In this document: piece after piece, positions 23,261 to 32,586 of the stretch
Numbering within the stretch: the first letter of the stretch is position 1
Layout of the letters: the number at the start of each line of letters is the position of its first letter
Source: Burkholderiales bacterium
GTDB lineage: Bacteria > Pseudomonadota > Gammaproteobacteria > Burkholderiales > SG8-39
Reading direction: 5' to 3'
Assembly: GCA_050248795.1 (NCBI GenBank)
Contig: JBFWRS010000001.1
Span: 11,587-75,586 of the forward strand
Length of the DNA: 64,000 bases
Program-made: the position numbers and the translations under genes
Notes under the pieces: generated by a model
Seen by the model: the letters and a program-made list of their open reading frames with translations, nothing else
The model's database searches: none
What the model was told of the DNA's origin: nothing

Positions 23261-24607
23261 ATGGCCTACGGCATGTACCTCGTGGTGGCGCCGGGCGCGG
23301 CGCTGGATGAGCTCGCCGACAACATACGTGATCGCATAGGCGGCGCTTCGGGCGACCCGCTGGCGGCAGTGGGCGCCAATCGCGGCCTGGTGCCCGCCGC
23401 GGTCGCGCAGGCACTCGCGGACGCGCAGCCCGGCACGTCGGTTACTGACCAGTTGATGACGCTGGGCGCCGAAAGCGCCGAGCCGGTGACCACCGCGCGC
23501 GCCGCTGAACTGATGCGCTCGCGCGAGCCCACCGAGCTGGCGCTCGAGCGTGGCGACGGCAGCGCCGCGCTGGTCAGGAACGGCATCGACTGGCACCTGG
23601 CGAGAACCAGACTCGCCGACGCATGGAGCCTGGTGGGAGGGCGCGACCACATCGACTGGGAAGGCATCCTCGTCGGCCAGATCGACACCGGCTTCACGCA
23701 GCACCCGGCGCTTGGTTTCGTCAACGGCACGCCGGCGTGGATCGACAGCGACCGCGACGCCAATTACTTCTACGCCGAGACCTGGCCGGAACCCGGTTCG
23801 CACGAAGCACCCGCACCCATGGATTCGGCGCTGGATCCGCTCACCGGCCCGAACGGCGGCCACGGCACGCGCACCGCGACGGTGCTGGCGGGACACGACC
23901 CGGCGCAGAGCTACTACGGCGCCGCGCCCAGGGTCCCGGTGCTGCCGGTGAGGCTGTCCAACTGCATCGAGATCGGCACCGACATCGCCGGCCTGCACGA
24001 GGCGATCGCGCACCTGATCGACATCGGCGGCTGCGACGTCATCACCATGAGCATGGGCACTGCGCCGGGCGGCATGATGCCCGAGGCGCGCCGCGAACTG
24101 CGTCGCGCCTACGACAACGGCATCATCGTCTGCTGCGCGGCAGGCAACTACGCGCCCTTCGTCGTCGTGCCTGCGCGTGAGCGCTACACCATCGCCGTTG
24201 CGGGCAGCGCGCCGAACGACGAGCCCTGGAGCGGCTCGAGCTGCGGCCCGCAGGTGGACATATCCGCACCCGCCTGGCCGATCCGTCGCGGCAACGCGCA
24301 CCGCAACCGCGATGCGCCGCCGACCTACGACTACGGCTACGGCGACGGCACCTCCTTCGCCACGCCGCAGGTCGCCGCCGCAGCGGCGCTGTGGCTAGCG
24401 CGCCACCGCGGCCGCCTGCGCAGCAAGTACCCGCAGAACTGGATGCGCGTGGAAGCTTTCAAGCGGCTGCTGAAGCGCACCGCCGACACCGTCGGCGGCG
24501 CCTGGGACACGGAAAGCCACGGTGCCGGCATCCTCGATGCGCGTGCACTGCTCGAAGCTTCCTTGCCAAATGCAAATACCCTGGAACGCGAGGAAGACCA
24601 GGCCTGA
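23261..24607 (+). CDS. S8 (subtilisin-like) serine peptidase without recognisable signal peptide
   Basis: Catalytic triad contexts VGQIDTGF (Asp), GHGTRTATVLAG (His) and GDGTSFATPQVAAAAAL (Ser). About 130-aa N-terminal extension of unknown type. Confidence 0.85.
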   Translation: MAYGMYLVVAPGAALDELADNIRDRIGGASGDPLAAVGANRGLVPAAVAQALADAQPGTSVTDQLMTLGAESAEPVTTARAAELMRSREPTELALERGDGSAALVRNGIDWHLARTRLADAWSLVGGRDHIDWEGILVGQIDTGFTQHPALGFVNGTPAWIDSDRDANYFYAETWPEPGSHEAPAPMDSALDPLTGPNGGHGTRTATVLAGHDPAQSYYGAAPRVPVLPVRLSNCIEIGTDIAGLHEAIAHLIDIGGCDVITMSMGTAPGGMMPEARRELRRAYDNGIIVCCAAGNYAPFVVVPARERYTIAVAGSAPNDEPWSGSSCGPQVDISAPAWPIRRGNAHRNRDAPPTYDYGYGDGTSFATPQVAAAAALWLARHRGRLRSKYPQNWMRVEAFKRLLKRTADTVGGAWDTESHGAGILDARALLEASLPNANTLEREEDQA

Positions 24608-24692
24608 ACATTGAAACAGGGGCTGGCGCCCGGCCGCCGTTAGGCGTGAAATCCGGATTCGCCGGACGCCCCGGCAGACCGGAGACGCACAG

Positions 24693-25844
24693 ATGATCGA
24701 AGCCCCAGCCGACTTCCTCGACCCACGGCACTACGCCGGCGTGAGGAAGCCCCTGCTCGAAGCCGGGACGATGCCGGTCTGGACCTACACCTCGGACGCC
24801 TTCTACCGGCGCGAAGTCGAGCGCATCTTCATGAAGGTGTGGAACTTCCTCGGCCGCGCCGAGCAGGTGCCCAATCCCGGCGACTACTTTGCCGCCAACT
24901 TCGCCGGCGTGCCCATCATCGTGGTGCGCGGCGAGGACGGCCAGGTACGCGCCTTCGCCAACACCTGCAGGCATCGCGGCTCTGAACTGCTCGAAGGCAA
25001 GGGCAACTGCCGCGCCATCGTCTGCCCGTACCACAGCTGGACCTACGCGCTGGACGGGCGCCTGGTCGGCGCGCCGGAGATGGGCAAGACCGATGGCTTC
25101 AGGAACGAGGAGAACGGCCTCGTTCCGGTGCGCCTGGAAACCTGGGAAGGCTTCATCTTCGTCTGCTTCGATCCGAAGGCCGCACCGCTGTCTGCCTATC
25201 TGGGTGGCCTCGGCGACAAAGTGGCGCCCTACCGGCTTGGCGACATGGTGCTCGCGCGGCGTCGCGAGTACGTCATGGACTGCAACTGGAAGCTCTTCGT
25301 CGAGAACGCGAAAGAGTCGTACCACATCGCCACGGTGCACAAGAGCACCATCAACAAGTACGCGTCGGCCCGCACCGCCGGCTACTGGGTGGAGGAAGCA
25401 AAGGGCGAGTACTGCGTCACTTTCGCGCAGCACGAGGGCAGCATGGCGCTGCTGCAGGGCGACGCCGGCTTTCCGGTGATGGAGTCGCTCGCCGGGCTGC
25501 GCGAAGCGGGCGGCACCTGCGCGCCGCTGATCTATCCGAGCACCTACCTCGCCTGCACCATCGACTGCGCGTGGTACCTGGAACTGCACCCCATGGGCCC
25601 CGGCCGCACCAAGCTGATCCACGGCGCGCTGTTTCCGAAAGACCGCCTCGCGCGCGCGGATTTCGACGCCATCGCGGCCAACTACTACAAGCGCTGGGAC
25701 ATCACCATCGACGAGGACATCGTCGCCTCCGACCGCCAGCAGCGCGGCCTCAGTTCGCCCTTCGCCCTCCCCGGCCGCTTTTCGCACCGCGAGCCGCTGG
25801 TGCACGAAATAGACAACTGGGTCCTTAACCGCGTACTGGACTGA
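24693..25844 (+). CDS. Rieske [2Fe-2S] aromatic-ring-hydroxylating oxygenase, alpha subunit-like
   Basis: Rieske motif CRHRGSELL...CPYHSWTY and a C-terminal catalytic domain with NWKLFVEN...SYH. Confidence 0.85.
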   Translation: MIEAPADFLDPRHYAGVRKPLLEAGTMPVWTYTSDAFYRREVERIFMKVWNFLGRAEQVPNPGDYFAANFAGVPIIVVRGEDGQVRAFANTCRHRGSELLEGKGNCRAIVCPYHSWTYALDGRLVGAPEMGKTDGFRNEENGLVPVRLETWEGFIFVCFDPKAAPLSAYLGGLGDKVAPYRLGDMVLARRREYVMDCNWKLFVENAKESYHIATVHKSTINKYASARTAGYWVEEAKGEYCVTFAQHEGSMALLQGDAGFPVMESLAGLREAGGTCAPLIYPSTYLACTIDCAWYLELHPMGPGRTKLIHGALFPKDRLARADFDAIAANYYKRWDITIDEDIVASDRQQRGLSSPFALPGRFSHREPLVHEIDNWVLNRVLD

Positions 25845-25944
25845 ACGTGCCCCGGATTGCACGCGAAGTGACAAAACGCACCTGAAGCGGAACTGGTTCA
25901 CGGCTTGCGTCTTGCCAGATCGCCGCGCGAGGCGTTAGAAGGGG

Positions 25945-27525
25945 GTGCCACCACCCGACAAGGAGTCTCCGATCGACCAACGTGCGCAGCAGCAGGTGGG
26001 CGACCCGCTCAAGCAGGCGGCGCTGTACAGGACGCTGCTCGGCGTTGACGATGCGCTGATCGGCGCGCACGACGAGGTCGCGATGCTGCAGCGGGTGTGC
26101 GACACCGCGTTCGCCGCGCAAGCCTTTGCCGCCGCATGGGCCAGCCTGAGCCATCCCGCCAGCGGCATCTTCGAGCCTGTCGCGTTCCCCCACAGCCTGG
26201 CGCCGTTCCGGCAACTGGTGCGCTCGCTGCTGCTGGCGTCGAACAGCCGCGACTACTCGCCGACGCGGCACGCGCTGGATTCCGGCGAGGCAAAGTTCGT
26301 GGAGCGCATGCGCGAACTGCCGTGGCCAGCGGCAGCGAAGCCGCTGATCGCGATGTTCGGCATTGGCGGCGTGGCTGCTCTGCCATTGCGCCGCAACGGC
26401 AAGGTCGTCGGCGCGCTCACGCTGTACGTGGCCGAGCCGGACTATTTCGATGCCGACACCCGCCGCGCGCTGGTCTCGATCTCGCGGCGCATCGGGTCCG
26501 CGCTGGACGCGATAGACGCCAACCGCCAGCTGCATCAGGCACTGGCCCGGTTGAGCGCCCGCGAAGCGCAGTTCCGCGCGCTGGTCGAGCAGTCGCTCAC
26601 CGGCATCTACATGATCGAGGGCGCGCGTTTCAGCTATGTGAATCCGCGCCTGTGCGAAATCCTCGGCTATTCCGCCGAAGCGCTGCTGCAGATGGGACCG
26701 CACGATGTGACACTGGAGGAAGACCGCGCGCTGGTGGACACCCAACTGCGCCGCAGGCAGGCGGGCGAACTGGCCGCAGCGCGCTACGAGTTCCGCGTCC
26801 GGCGGCCGAGCGGAGAGATCCGCCACGTCGGCGTGCACGGCTCGGTAGCGGAGATCGACGGACGCCGCGTGATCATCGGCGTGCTGCAGGACATCACCGC
26901 CCGGGTGCAGGCGGAACTACTCGCCAACACGCAGATCGCCCGGCTTGGAAACGCCATGCGCGGTACTGTCGGCGCAGTGTCCCGCATGGTCGAGCTGCGC
27001 GACCCGTACACCGCCGGCCACGAAAGCCGCGTCGCGGCCTTGATGCGCGAGATCGGCCGCACGATGGACTACGCACCGGACCGGCGAGAAGGACTGGAAG
27101 TGATCGGCGGCCTGCACGACATCGGCAAGATCGCGGTGCCCGCCGAGATCCTGGTCAAGCCTTCGAAGCTCACTGGCGCCGAGTTCGACCTGATCAGGGA
27201 GCATCCGCTCCGCGGCTACGAGATCCTCGCCGGCCTGGAGTTTCCCTGGCCGGCGGCGCAAGCAACGCTGCAGCACCACGAACGCATCGACGGCAGCGGC
27301 TACCCGCATGGCCTGAAGGGGACAGACATCCTGCCCGAGGCGCGCGTGCTGGCGGTCGCGGATACGGTCGAGGCAATGGCCTCGCACCGCCCATATCGCG
27401 CCGGCCTTGGCATCGACGCCGCACTCGCCGAGATCGAGCGCGGCCGCGGCAGCGCCTACGATGCAGATGTCGCCGATGCCTGTCTTGCGCTGTTCGGCGA
27501 GAAGGGCTATCGACTCCCGGCCTGA
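25945..27525 (+). CDS. GAF-PAS-HD-GYP signalling protein (c-di-GMP phosphodiesterase type)
   Basis: PAS-like FRALVEQSLTGIYMIEG... then HD-GYP: HESRVAAL...GGLHDIGK...HHERIDGSGYPHGL. Confidence 0.8.
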   Translation: MPPPDKESPIDQRAQQQVGDPLKQAALYRTLLGVDDALIGAHDEVAMLQRVCDTAFAAQAFAAAWASLSHPASGIFEPVAFPHSLAPFRQLVRSLLLASNSRDYSPTRHALDSGEAKFVERMRELPWPAAAKPLIAMFGIGGVAALPLRRNGKVVGALTLYVAEPDYFDADTRRALVSISRRIGSALDAIDANRQLHQALARLSAREAQFRALVEQSLTGIYMIEGARFSYVNPRLCEILGYSAEALLQMGPHDVTLEEDRALVDTQLRRRQAGELAAARYEFRVRRPSGEIRHVGVHGSVAEIDGRRVIIGVLQDITARVQAELLANTQIARLGNAMRGTVGAVSRMVELRDPYTAGHESRVAALMREIGRTMDYAPDRREGLEVIGGLHDIGKIAVPAEILVKPSKLTGAEFDLIREHPLRGYEILAGLEFPWPAAQATLQHHERIDGSGYPHGLKGTDILPEARVLAVADTVEAMASHRPYRAGLGIDAALAEIERGRGSAYDADVADACLALFGEKGYRLPA

Positions 27526-28811
27526 GCCGACACATCGGCCCGGCTGGCCAGGATCGGCGGCGAGCCGTTCAACTTTTCGATGGCGAAGCCGGCCGCGGCC
27601 TGGTAGGTCTGCATGAACGCATTGCGCTCGGCGAGCGGGATGACGCTTTCGATGTCGTCGAACACGCCGCCGCAGCGCTCGTCCAGCAGGTTGAGCAGGC
27701 CGAACGGCCCCGCGCCGCGATTACGCAGCACCACGGCCGAGATGTCCTTGCACAGTTTCGCGTCGTAGGCCTGCAGCGCGGCGGGCGTGATGCCGTGCTC
27801 CAGCAGCGCCACGCCGAGCACCCGCGCGTCGATGACCGCCTGGCTGGCGCCGTTGGAGCCGGTGGGGTACATCACGTGGGCGGCGTCGCCGAGCAGCGCC
27901 ACGCGCCCGTCCACCCAGGTCGGCACCGGATCGCGGTCGATCATCGGATACTCGTACACGTCGGCGGCGCCGCGCAGCATGGCGGGAACGTCGAGCCAGT
28001 CGTATGTCCAGCGCTCGAAATGGTGGACAAAATCCTCGTGCCGCACCTTCTTGTTCCAGTCGCCCTCCGGCAGGCCGCCGGTGTTGTCGACCGTGATCTC
28101 GGCGATCCAGTTGATGTCGGAGAGGCCGCTCGCGGGATCGGCGCGCGAAATCGGATAGAACACCACACGATGCCGGTGGGTGCCGAAGCCGACGAACGAG
28201 GCGCCGGTGCGGATCGGCACGCCGCGGGTGACGCCGCGCCACATGATCGCGCCACCCCACTGGATCGGCGGCTGTTGCGGGTGCATCTGCGCGCGCACCG
28301 CGGAATGCAGCCCGTCTGCGCCGATCAGCAGCGACCCGGCGATTTCCTGCCGCTCTCCCGTGCGCGACTCCACCAGCGCGCTCACGCCCTTGCCGTCCGC
28401 GTGCTTGCGATAGCCGGTCACGCGCAGCCCCGTACGGATCGCGTCCGCGCCCAGCCTCTCGCGCGCCGCCTCGTAGAGCAGCATCTGCAACCCGCCGCGA
28501 TGCACCGAATACTGTGGCCAGTGGTAGCCCGCCTTGAGGCCGCGGGGCTCGGCGTAAACGTCCTTGCCGTTCAGCCCGACGAGCGCCCACTCCTGGGTCT
28601 GGATGCCGATGCCATCGAGCGCGTCCGCGCCGAACCCCATCTCGTACAGTTCGCGCACCGCGTTGGGCTGCACGTTGATGCCCACGCCCAGCGGCTTCAG
28701 CGTCGCTACCGACTCCAGCACCAGGCACGGCACGCCGATCTCGTGCAGCGTCAACGCGGTGGCGAGGCCGCCGATGCCGGCGCCGGCGACCAAGACAGGG
28801 GCTTGTCTCAT
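27507..28811 (-). CDS. FAD-dependent aromatic monooxygenase (salicylate/3-hydroxybenzoate hydroxylase-like)
   Basis: Starts at ATG 28811 (MRQAPVLVAGAGIGGLA). Contains LIGADGLHSAVR and LLGDAAHVMYPTGSNGASQA. Confidence 0.85.
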   Translation of the reverse strand: MRQAPVLVAGAGIGGLATALTLHEIGVPCLVLESVATLKPLGVGINVQPNAVRELYEMGFGADALDGIGIQTQEWALVGLNGKDVYAEPRGLKAGYHWPQYSVHRGGLQMLLYEAARERLGADAIRTGLRVTGYRKHADGKGVSALVESRTGERQEIAGSLLIGADGLHSAVRAQMHPQQPPIQWGGAIMWRGVTRGVPIRTGASFVGFGTHRHRVVFYPISRADPASGLSDINWIAEITVDNTGGLPEGDWNKKVRHEDFVHHFERWTYDWLDVPAMLRGAADVYEYPMIDRDPVPTWVDGRVALLGDAAHVMYPTGSNGASQAVIDARVLGVALLEHGITPAALQAYDAKLCKDISAVVLRNRGAGPFGLLNLLDERCGGVFDDIESVIPLAERNAFMQTYQAAAGFAIEKLNGSPPILASRADVSAQAGSR

Positions 28812-28922
28812 CGCCGGCAATGCGTGCGCCTGCGTACCCCGGGCTGCGCGCGGCGCGCGGATCGACGCGCCAGACGCGCAAGGGTGTTCATCGGGCTGCA
28901 GCAACGGATGGATGGCGCGGGC

Positions 28923-29822
28923 ATGTCGTTCGCGAAACCGGTGTTCATGAAGACCACAATATACGGCGAACTCGTGTCAACATCGCAGTCGAACATGACA
29001 CCGATCCGCGCTTGGCTGATGCAGGCCGCGCAGCGCATCGACGCAGCACTCGGCCCGGCGCGCGTCGCGCGCAGCGCGCTTCCGCCGGTGATGAATGACC
29101 CGGGCAAGGAAGGCGAGTTCTGCGCCGTGCAGCTCGACGACGGCAGCGTCGGCCTCGCGTTCGCGATCCTGCAGGACACGCTCCCGACGCTGCACGCGCG
29201 CCTGCCGCCCGGCGTGCTCGCCGGACGCTCCGCGCTGGAGCTCGTGCGCGGCTACGCGTCCGGCGACCTCGCCGCCCGCACCATCGGCCTCGCAACCATC
29301 AACGCCCTCGCCCGCCGCCTCTACGACCGCGCAGGCTTCGTCCCCGGGGATTCCGCCGACTCCTTCTCCGTCACGCTCGCCCGTGGCGACCGCCTCGGCC
29401 TCATCGGGCACTTCCGGCCGCTCATCAGGGAGGCCCGCACCCTCGGCATCCCGGTCACGGTCCTGGAGCTGCGCGCCGAACTCGTCCGCGAAGAACCCGG
29501 GCTCTCGGTCACCCTCGACCCCGCGCGGCTCGCCGCCTGCAACAAGATCGTCTCGACCAGCACCCTCCTGCTCAACGACAGCTTCGAAGCGGTGCGCGTG
29601 CTCTGGAAGAACGCCCAGGAGGTGGCCATCGTCGGCCCTTCCGCCTGCGGCCCGCCCGATCCGCTGTTCGCCGCCGGCGTCTCGGCCGTCGGAACTACCT
29701 GGGTCAGCAATGCCGAAGCGCTTCTCGCGCACGTCGTCGCGGGCGAGAAGTGGGGCGACTCGGCCCGGAAAGTGACTTTCACGCCAGCACGGTATCCGGG
29801 GCTGGACGCGCTGCTCCGCTAG
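28923..29822 (+). CDS. DUF364/DUF4213-type Rossmann-like protein (putative chelatase-like)
   Basis: Real 3' part of the 1241-aa track ORF. Contains LGLIGHFRPL...VTVLELR...IVSTSTLLLN...AIVGPSA...G..W. Start uncertain: 28923, 28947 or later. Confidence 0.55.
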   Translation: MSFAKPVFMKTTIYGELVSTSQSNMTPIRAWLMQAAQRIDAALGPARVARSALPPVMNDPGKEGEFCAVQLDDGSVGLAFAILQDTLPTLHARLPPGVLAGRSALELVRGYASGDLAARTIGLATINALARRLYDRAGFVPGDSADSFSVTLARGDRLGLIGHFRPLIREARTLGIPVTVLELRAELVREEPGLSVTLDPARLAACNKIVSTSTLLLNDSFEAVRVLWKNAQEVAIVGPSACGPPDPLFAAGVSAVGTTWVSNAEALLAHVVAGEKWGDSARKVTFTPARYPGLDALLR

Positions 29823-30039
29823 CTGCGCAAGCATCGGGGCGCGTCTCCCGGGAGATGCCCGCGGGTTCGCGCTACACGCTGGCGGCATCGCATGCATGCC
29901 GCATGGCGGTTCCCGCGCCTGCGGCGCCACCAGCGCATCGCCCGCATACAGGCGCGACTCGAGATTGGCGACGGTCCTGCCCCGATTCCGAGTGGCGAGG
30001 CATTAGAATGCAACGCCCGAACCTTGGAGGAGACCGTCC

Positions 30040-30594
30040 ATGCCAAGAGTCAGCGAAATCGACGACGACGCCGGGGACCTGGTTCTCGCCGAGTTGTTCG
30101 CCAGGGAGCGCGCTTCCTTTGGCGAACTGCTCAACTCGACGCGCGTGATGGCCCATTGCCCGGCGATCTTGCGCGCCGCCAAGCAGCTCGGCGCCGCTAT
30201 CGCGGAATCGGGCCGGCTGCCGAAGGGCCTGGTTGCGCTGGTGTCGCTGCGCGTCGCGGCGATCAACGGCTGCCCGTTCTGAGTCGACATCAACTCCGTC
30301 CGTGTGGCGGAGGTCGAGGGCGGCGCGGCGAAGCTCGCCGAGCTCCCCGCGTGGCGCGAGAGCGGTGCGTTCAGCGAGCTCGAGCGAGCGGCGCTCGAGT
30401 GCGCCGAGCGCATGACCTATACCGGCCAGCGGGTCGACGACGCGCTGTTCGCGCGCTTGCGAGCGCTGCTGGACGACCCGGAGATCGTCGAGCTGGCGGC
30501 CGCAATCGCGCTGGAGAATTTCCGCAGCAAGCTCAACTCCGCGCTAGGCGTGGAGGCGCAGGGCTTTTGCCTGCTGCCGCGGCGCGAGCGATGA
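30040..30594 (+). CDS. AhpD/carboxymuconolactone-decarboxylase family protein, probable selenoprotein (Sec at 30280-30282)
   Basis: Track ORFs 30040..30282 and 30304..30594 are in the same frame. The TGA replaces the second Cys of the family CxxC (INGCPF-TGA-VDIN), and the downstream part (AWRESGAFSELERAALECAERMT) continues the same fold. Confidence 0.7.
30284..30317 (+). promoter_or_regulatory. SECIS-like hairpin immediately 3' of the in-frame UGA
   Basis: UCGAC (30284-88) pairs with GUCGA (30313-17), followed by a 5-nt bulge. CUCCGUC (30294-300) pairs with GGCGGAG (30306-12). The loop CGUGU (30301-05) contains GU and starts 19 nt after the UGA. Confidence 0.6.
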
Positions 30595-31456
30595 GCCCGC
30601 GGAGGTGGCCGCTGTCCTGCGGCTGCTTGGCGACATGCCGCAGCCCGGTCAGCGCGGGCATGAGCAGCTTAGGATCGGCGTCCTCCGCGTAGACTGCGTA
30701 GGCTGGATAAAGGAACTCCGGGGCGCCCCGCACGAGCTTCAGCTTGCCCGTACGCAGATAGGGCGCGGCGGCGTGCTGGCGGAAGTAGCCTGAGCCGCCC
30801 GCGCGCAGGATGTACTGCAGGCCGAGCGGACCGAGATCCACGTAGGTGCCGGGACTGGAGAGTTCGGGGTAGGTGAGATTGTGCTGCGTGGCGAACTCCG
30901 GGCCCCAGTCCACGTAGATGTAGTCGCCGCCACGCACCGCCTTGCCGCGGGTGGTGACGAGGAGCAGCTTCTCTTTCATCAGCAGCTCCACTTTCAACCC
31001 GGGCCGCTGCTGCGGCGTGTACAGCACGCCGATATCGACGATGCCTGCCCCGACCTGGTCCATGAGCTGCTGCGGCAGCGCGACGCGGGCGCGCACGGCG
31101 AGCTCGGGCACCGAGCGCCTCATCCACACCATCCACTCGAGCAGCAGGGGATCCCACAGGCTGAGCTCGCCAGCCACTGCGATGACCGCGCGCCGCCCGT
31201 GCGGCACCGCGACCTGGTGGCGCGCGCGCTCCCAGAGCTGCACCAGCGAGGGGGCAAAGCGCAGGAACTCCTCGCCCGCCGCGGTGAGCGCAGCGCCGGA
31301 CTTGCTGCGCTCGAACAGCTTGCGCCCGAGAAGCGATTCGAGCTTGCGCACGCGCACGCTCACGGCAGTCTGCGTGACGTGCAGGCGCTCTGCGGCGCGG
31401 ATGAAGCTGCCGCTGCCGACGATCTCCAGAAAGGTGCGGGCGAGGGCGATCTCCAT
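30533..31456 (-). CDS. LysR-family transcriptional regulator
   Basis: N-terminal HTH MEIALARTFLEIVGSGSFIRAAERLHVTQTAVSVRVRKLE plus a LysR substrate-binding domain. Divergent from sodB. Confidence 0.9.
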   Translation of the reverse strand: MEIALARTFLEIVGSGSFIRAAERLHVTQTAVSVRVRKLESLLGRKLFERSKSGAALTAAGEEFLRFAPSLVQLWERARHQVAVPHGRRAVIAVAGELSLWDPLLLEWMVWMRRSVPELAVRARVALPQQLMDQVGAGIVDIGVLYTPQQRPGLKVELLMKEKLLLVTTRGKAVRGGDYIYVDWGPEFATQHNLTYPELSSPGTYVDLGPLGLQYILRAGGSGYFRQHAAAPYLRTGKLKLVRGAPEFLYPAYAVYAEDADPKLLMPALTGLRHVAKQPQDSGHLRGLIARAAAAGKSPAPPRLARS

Positions 31457-31579
31457 GCTGGTCCTCCGTTCGGACTTATATAACCGATAGTTTACTTAAA
31501 CAAGATTTAGTTTCGTTTTACTTCACAAAGCACTGAGGCCATGATCGACGGCACTAGAACCGACGCGCCTGGAGAGCCC

Positions 31580-32212
31580 ATGCCACTGACCTTGCCTTCA
31601 CTGCCCTACGAGCACGCCGCACTCGCGCCGTTCATGTCGGACGCAACGCTCAAGCTGCACCACGGCGTGCACCACGCCGGCTACGTGGATCGGGTGAACG
31701 CGCTCGCCCGCGGCACCGCGCTGGCGGACTTGCCGTTGCGCTCGATCGTCGAGCGCAGCGCGCGCGACCCGGCGGCGCGTGGCCTGTTCAACAGCGCGGC
31801 GCAGGCCTGGAATCACGACTTCTTCTGGCGCTCGCTGCGCCCCGCCGGGGAGCGGTCAGCGGTGCCTGCGCGCCTGGCGGCGCGCATCGCGAAGGATTTC
31901 GGCGGCCAGGAGCGTCTGATCGCGCTGCTCAAGAGCACGGCGCTCTCGGTCTTCGGCAGCGGCTGGGTGTGGCTGATCGAGCGCGACGGGCGCCTGCGCG
32001 TCGAAGCGACGGCGAACGCCGACGGCCCGATCGTGTCCGGCGGCGTACCCGGCCTCGTGATCGACGTCTGGGAGCACGCGTACTACCTCGACTACCAGGC
32101 TCGGCGCGCGGACTACGTCTCCGCGGTGATCGAGCACCTGCTCGACTGGGATTTCGCCGAGCGCAACCTGTTCGCCAACCAGCGGGAACGAGGCCATGAG
32201 GCCAACGTGTGA
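31580..32212 (+). CDS. sodB: Fe/Mn superoxide dismutase
   Basis: LPSLPYEHAALAPFMS...LHHGVHHAGYV...WNHDFFW...DVWEHAYYLDYQ. ATG at 31580. Confidence 0.9.
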   Translation: MPLTLPSLPYEHAALAPFMSDATLKLHHGVHHAGYVDRVNALARGTALADLPLRSIVERSARDPAARGLFNSAAQAWNHDFFWRSLRPAGERSAVPARLAARIAKDFGGQERLIALLKSTALSVFGSGWVWLIERDGRLRVEATANADGPIVSGGVPGLVIDVWEHAYYLDYQARRADYVSAVIEHLLDWDFAERNLFANQRERGHEANV

Positions 32213-32586
32213 AGCGTGGCTCGCCCAAGCGGGTACAGGTCAAGTCCGTCGCCGTGCGCGCGGAACCGCAGGACGGCATGCGGGTCCTGGTGGAGCGGCG
32301 CTGGCCGCGCGGGGCGTACCGACAGGGTGCAGCCATCGACCTGTGGCTGCGGGATGCCGCGCCGAGCCCCGCGCTGTCCCTGTGGTACCGCCGCTACCCG
32401 CGACGCTGGAAGCGCTTCCGCCATTGCTATTGGGCGGAGCTCGCGAGGCGGCCGCGCATCGTGCACCTGCTCGAGGATCTGCGGCGGCGCACTCCCGTGA
32501 CACTGCTATTTGGCGCGCAGGACGATTCGCGCAACCACGCGGAACTGCTGCGCGAGTTCATTGACCGTAAAGGAGATCTGCCATGA
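32209..32586 (+). CDS. DUF488 family protein
   Basis: VLVERRWPRG...DLWLRDAAPSPAL..W......W..F...Y..EL......LLFGA.D...NHA. GTGA overlap with the sodB stop. Confidence 0.7.
   Translation: MKRGSPKRVQVKSVAVRAEPQDGMRVLVERRWPRGAYRQGAAIDLWLRDAAPSPALSLWYRRYPRRWKRFRHCYWAELARRPRIVHLLEDLRRRTPVTLLFGAQDDSRNHAELLREFIDRKGDLP

Noticed and set aside
22250-24301. 683-aa minus-strand ORF
   Set aside because: It runs antisense to the S8 peptidase and to the secreted Pro-rich protein gene. It has no recognisable domain and a wrong-frame composition.
26097-28922. First about 940 codons of the 1241-aa ORF 26097..29822
   Set aside because: This part overlaps the HD-GYP gene out of frame and runs antisense to the flavin monooxygenase. 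Its composition is Arg/Ala/Pro-rich junk typical of wrong frames in high-GC DNA. Only the last 300 codons (28923 onward) look like a real protein.
30280-30282. Reading the TGA as an ordinary stop, giving two small genes or a nonsense pseudogene
   Set aside because: The codon aligns with the catalytic second Cys of the family CxxC motif. The downstream frame continues the same fold with no start or RBS of its own at a sensible place, and a SECIS-like hairpin follows immediately. I kept a small residual probability that it is a pseudogene.
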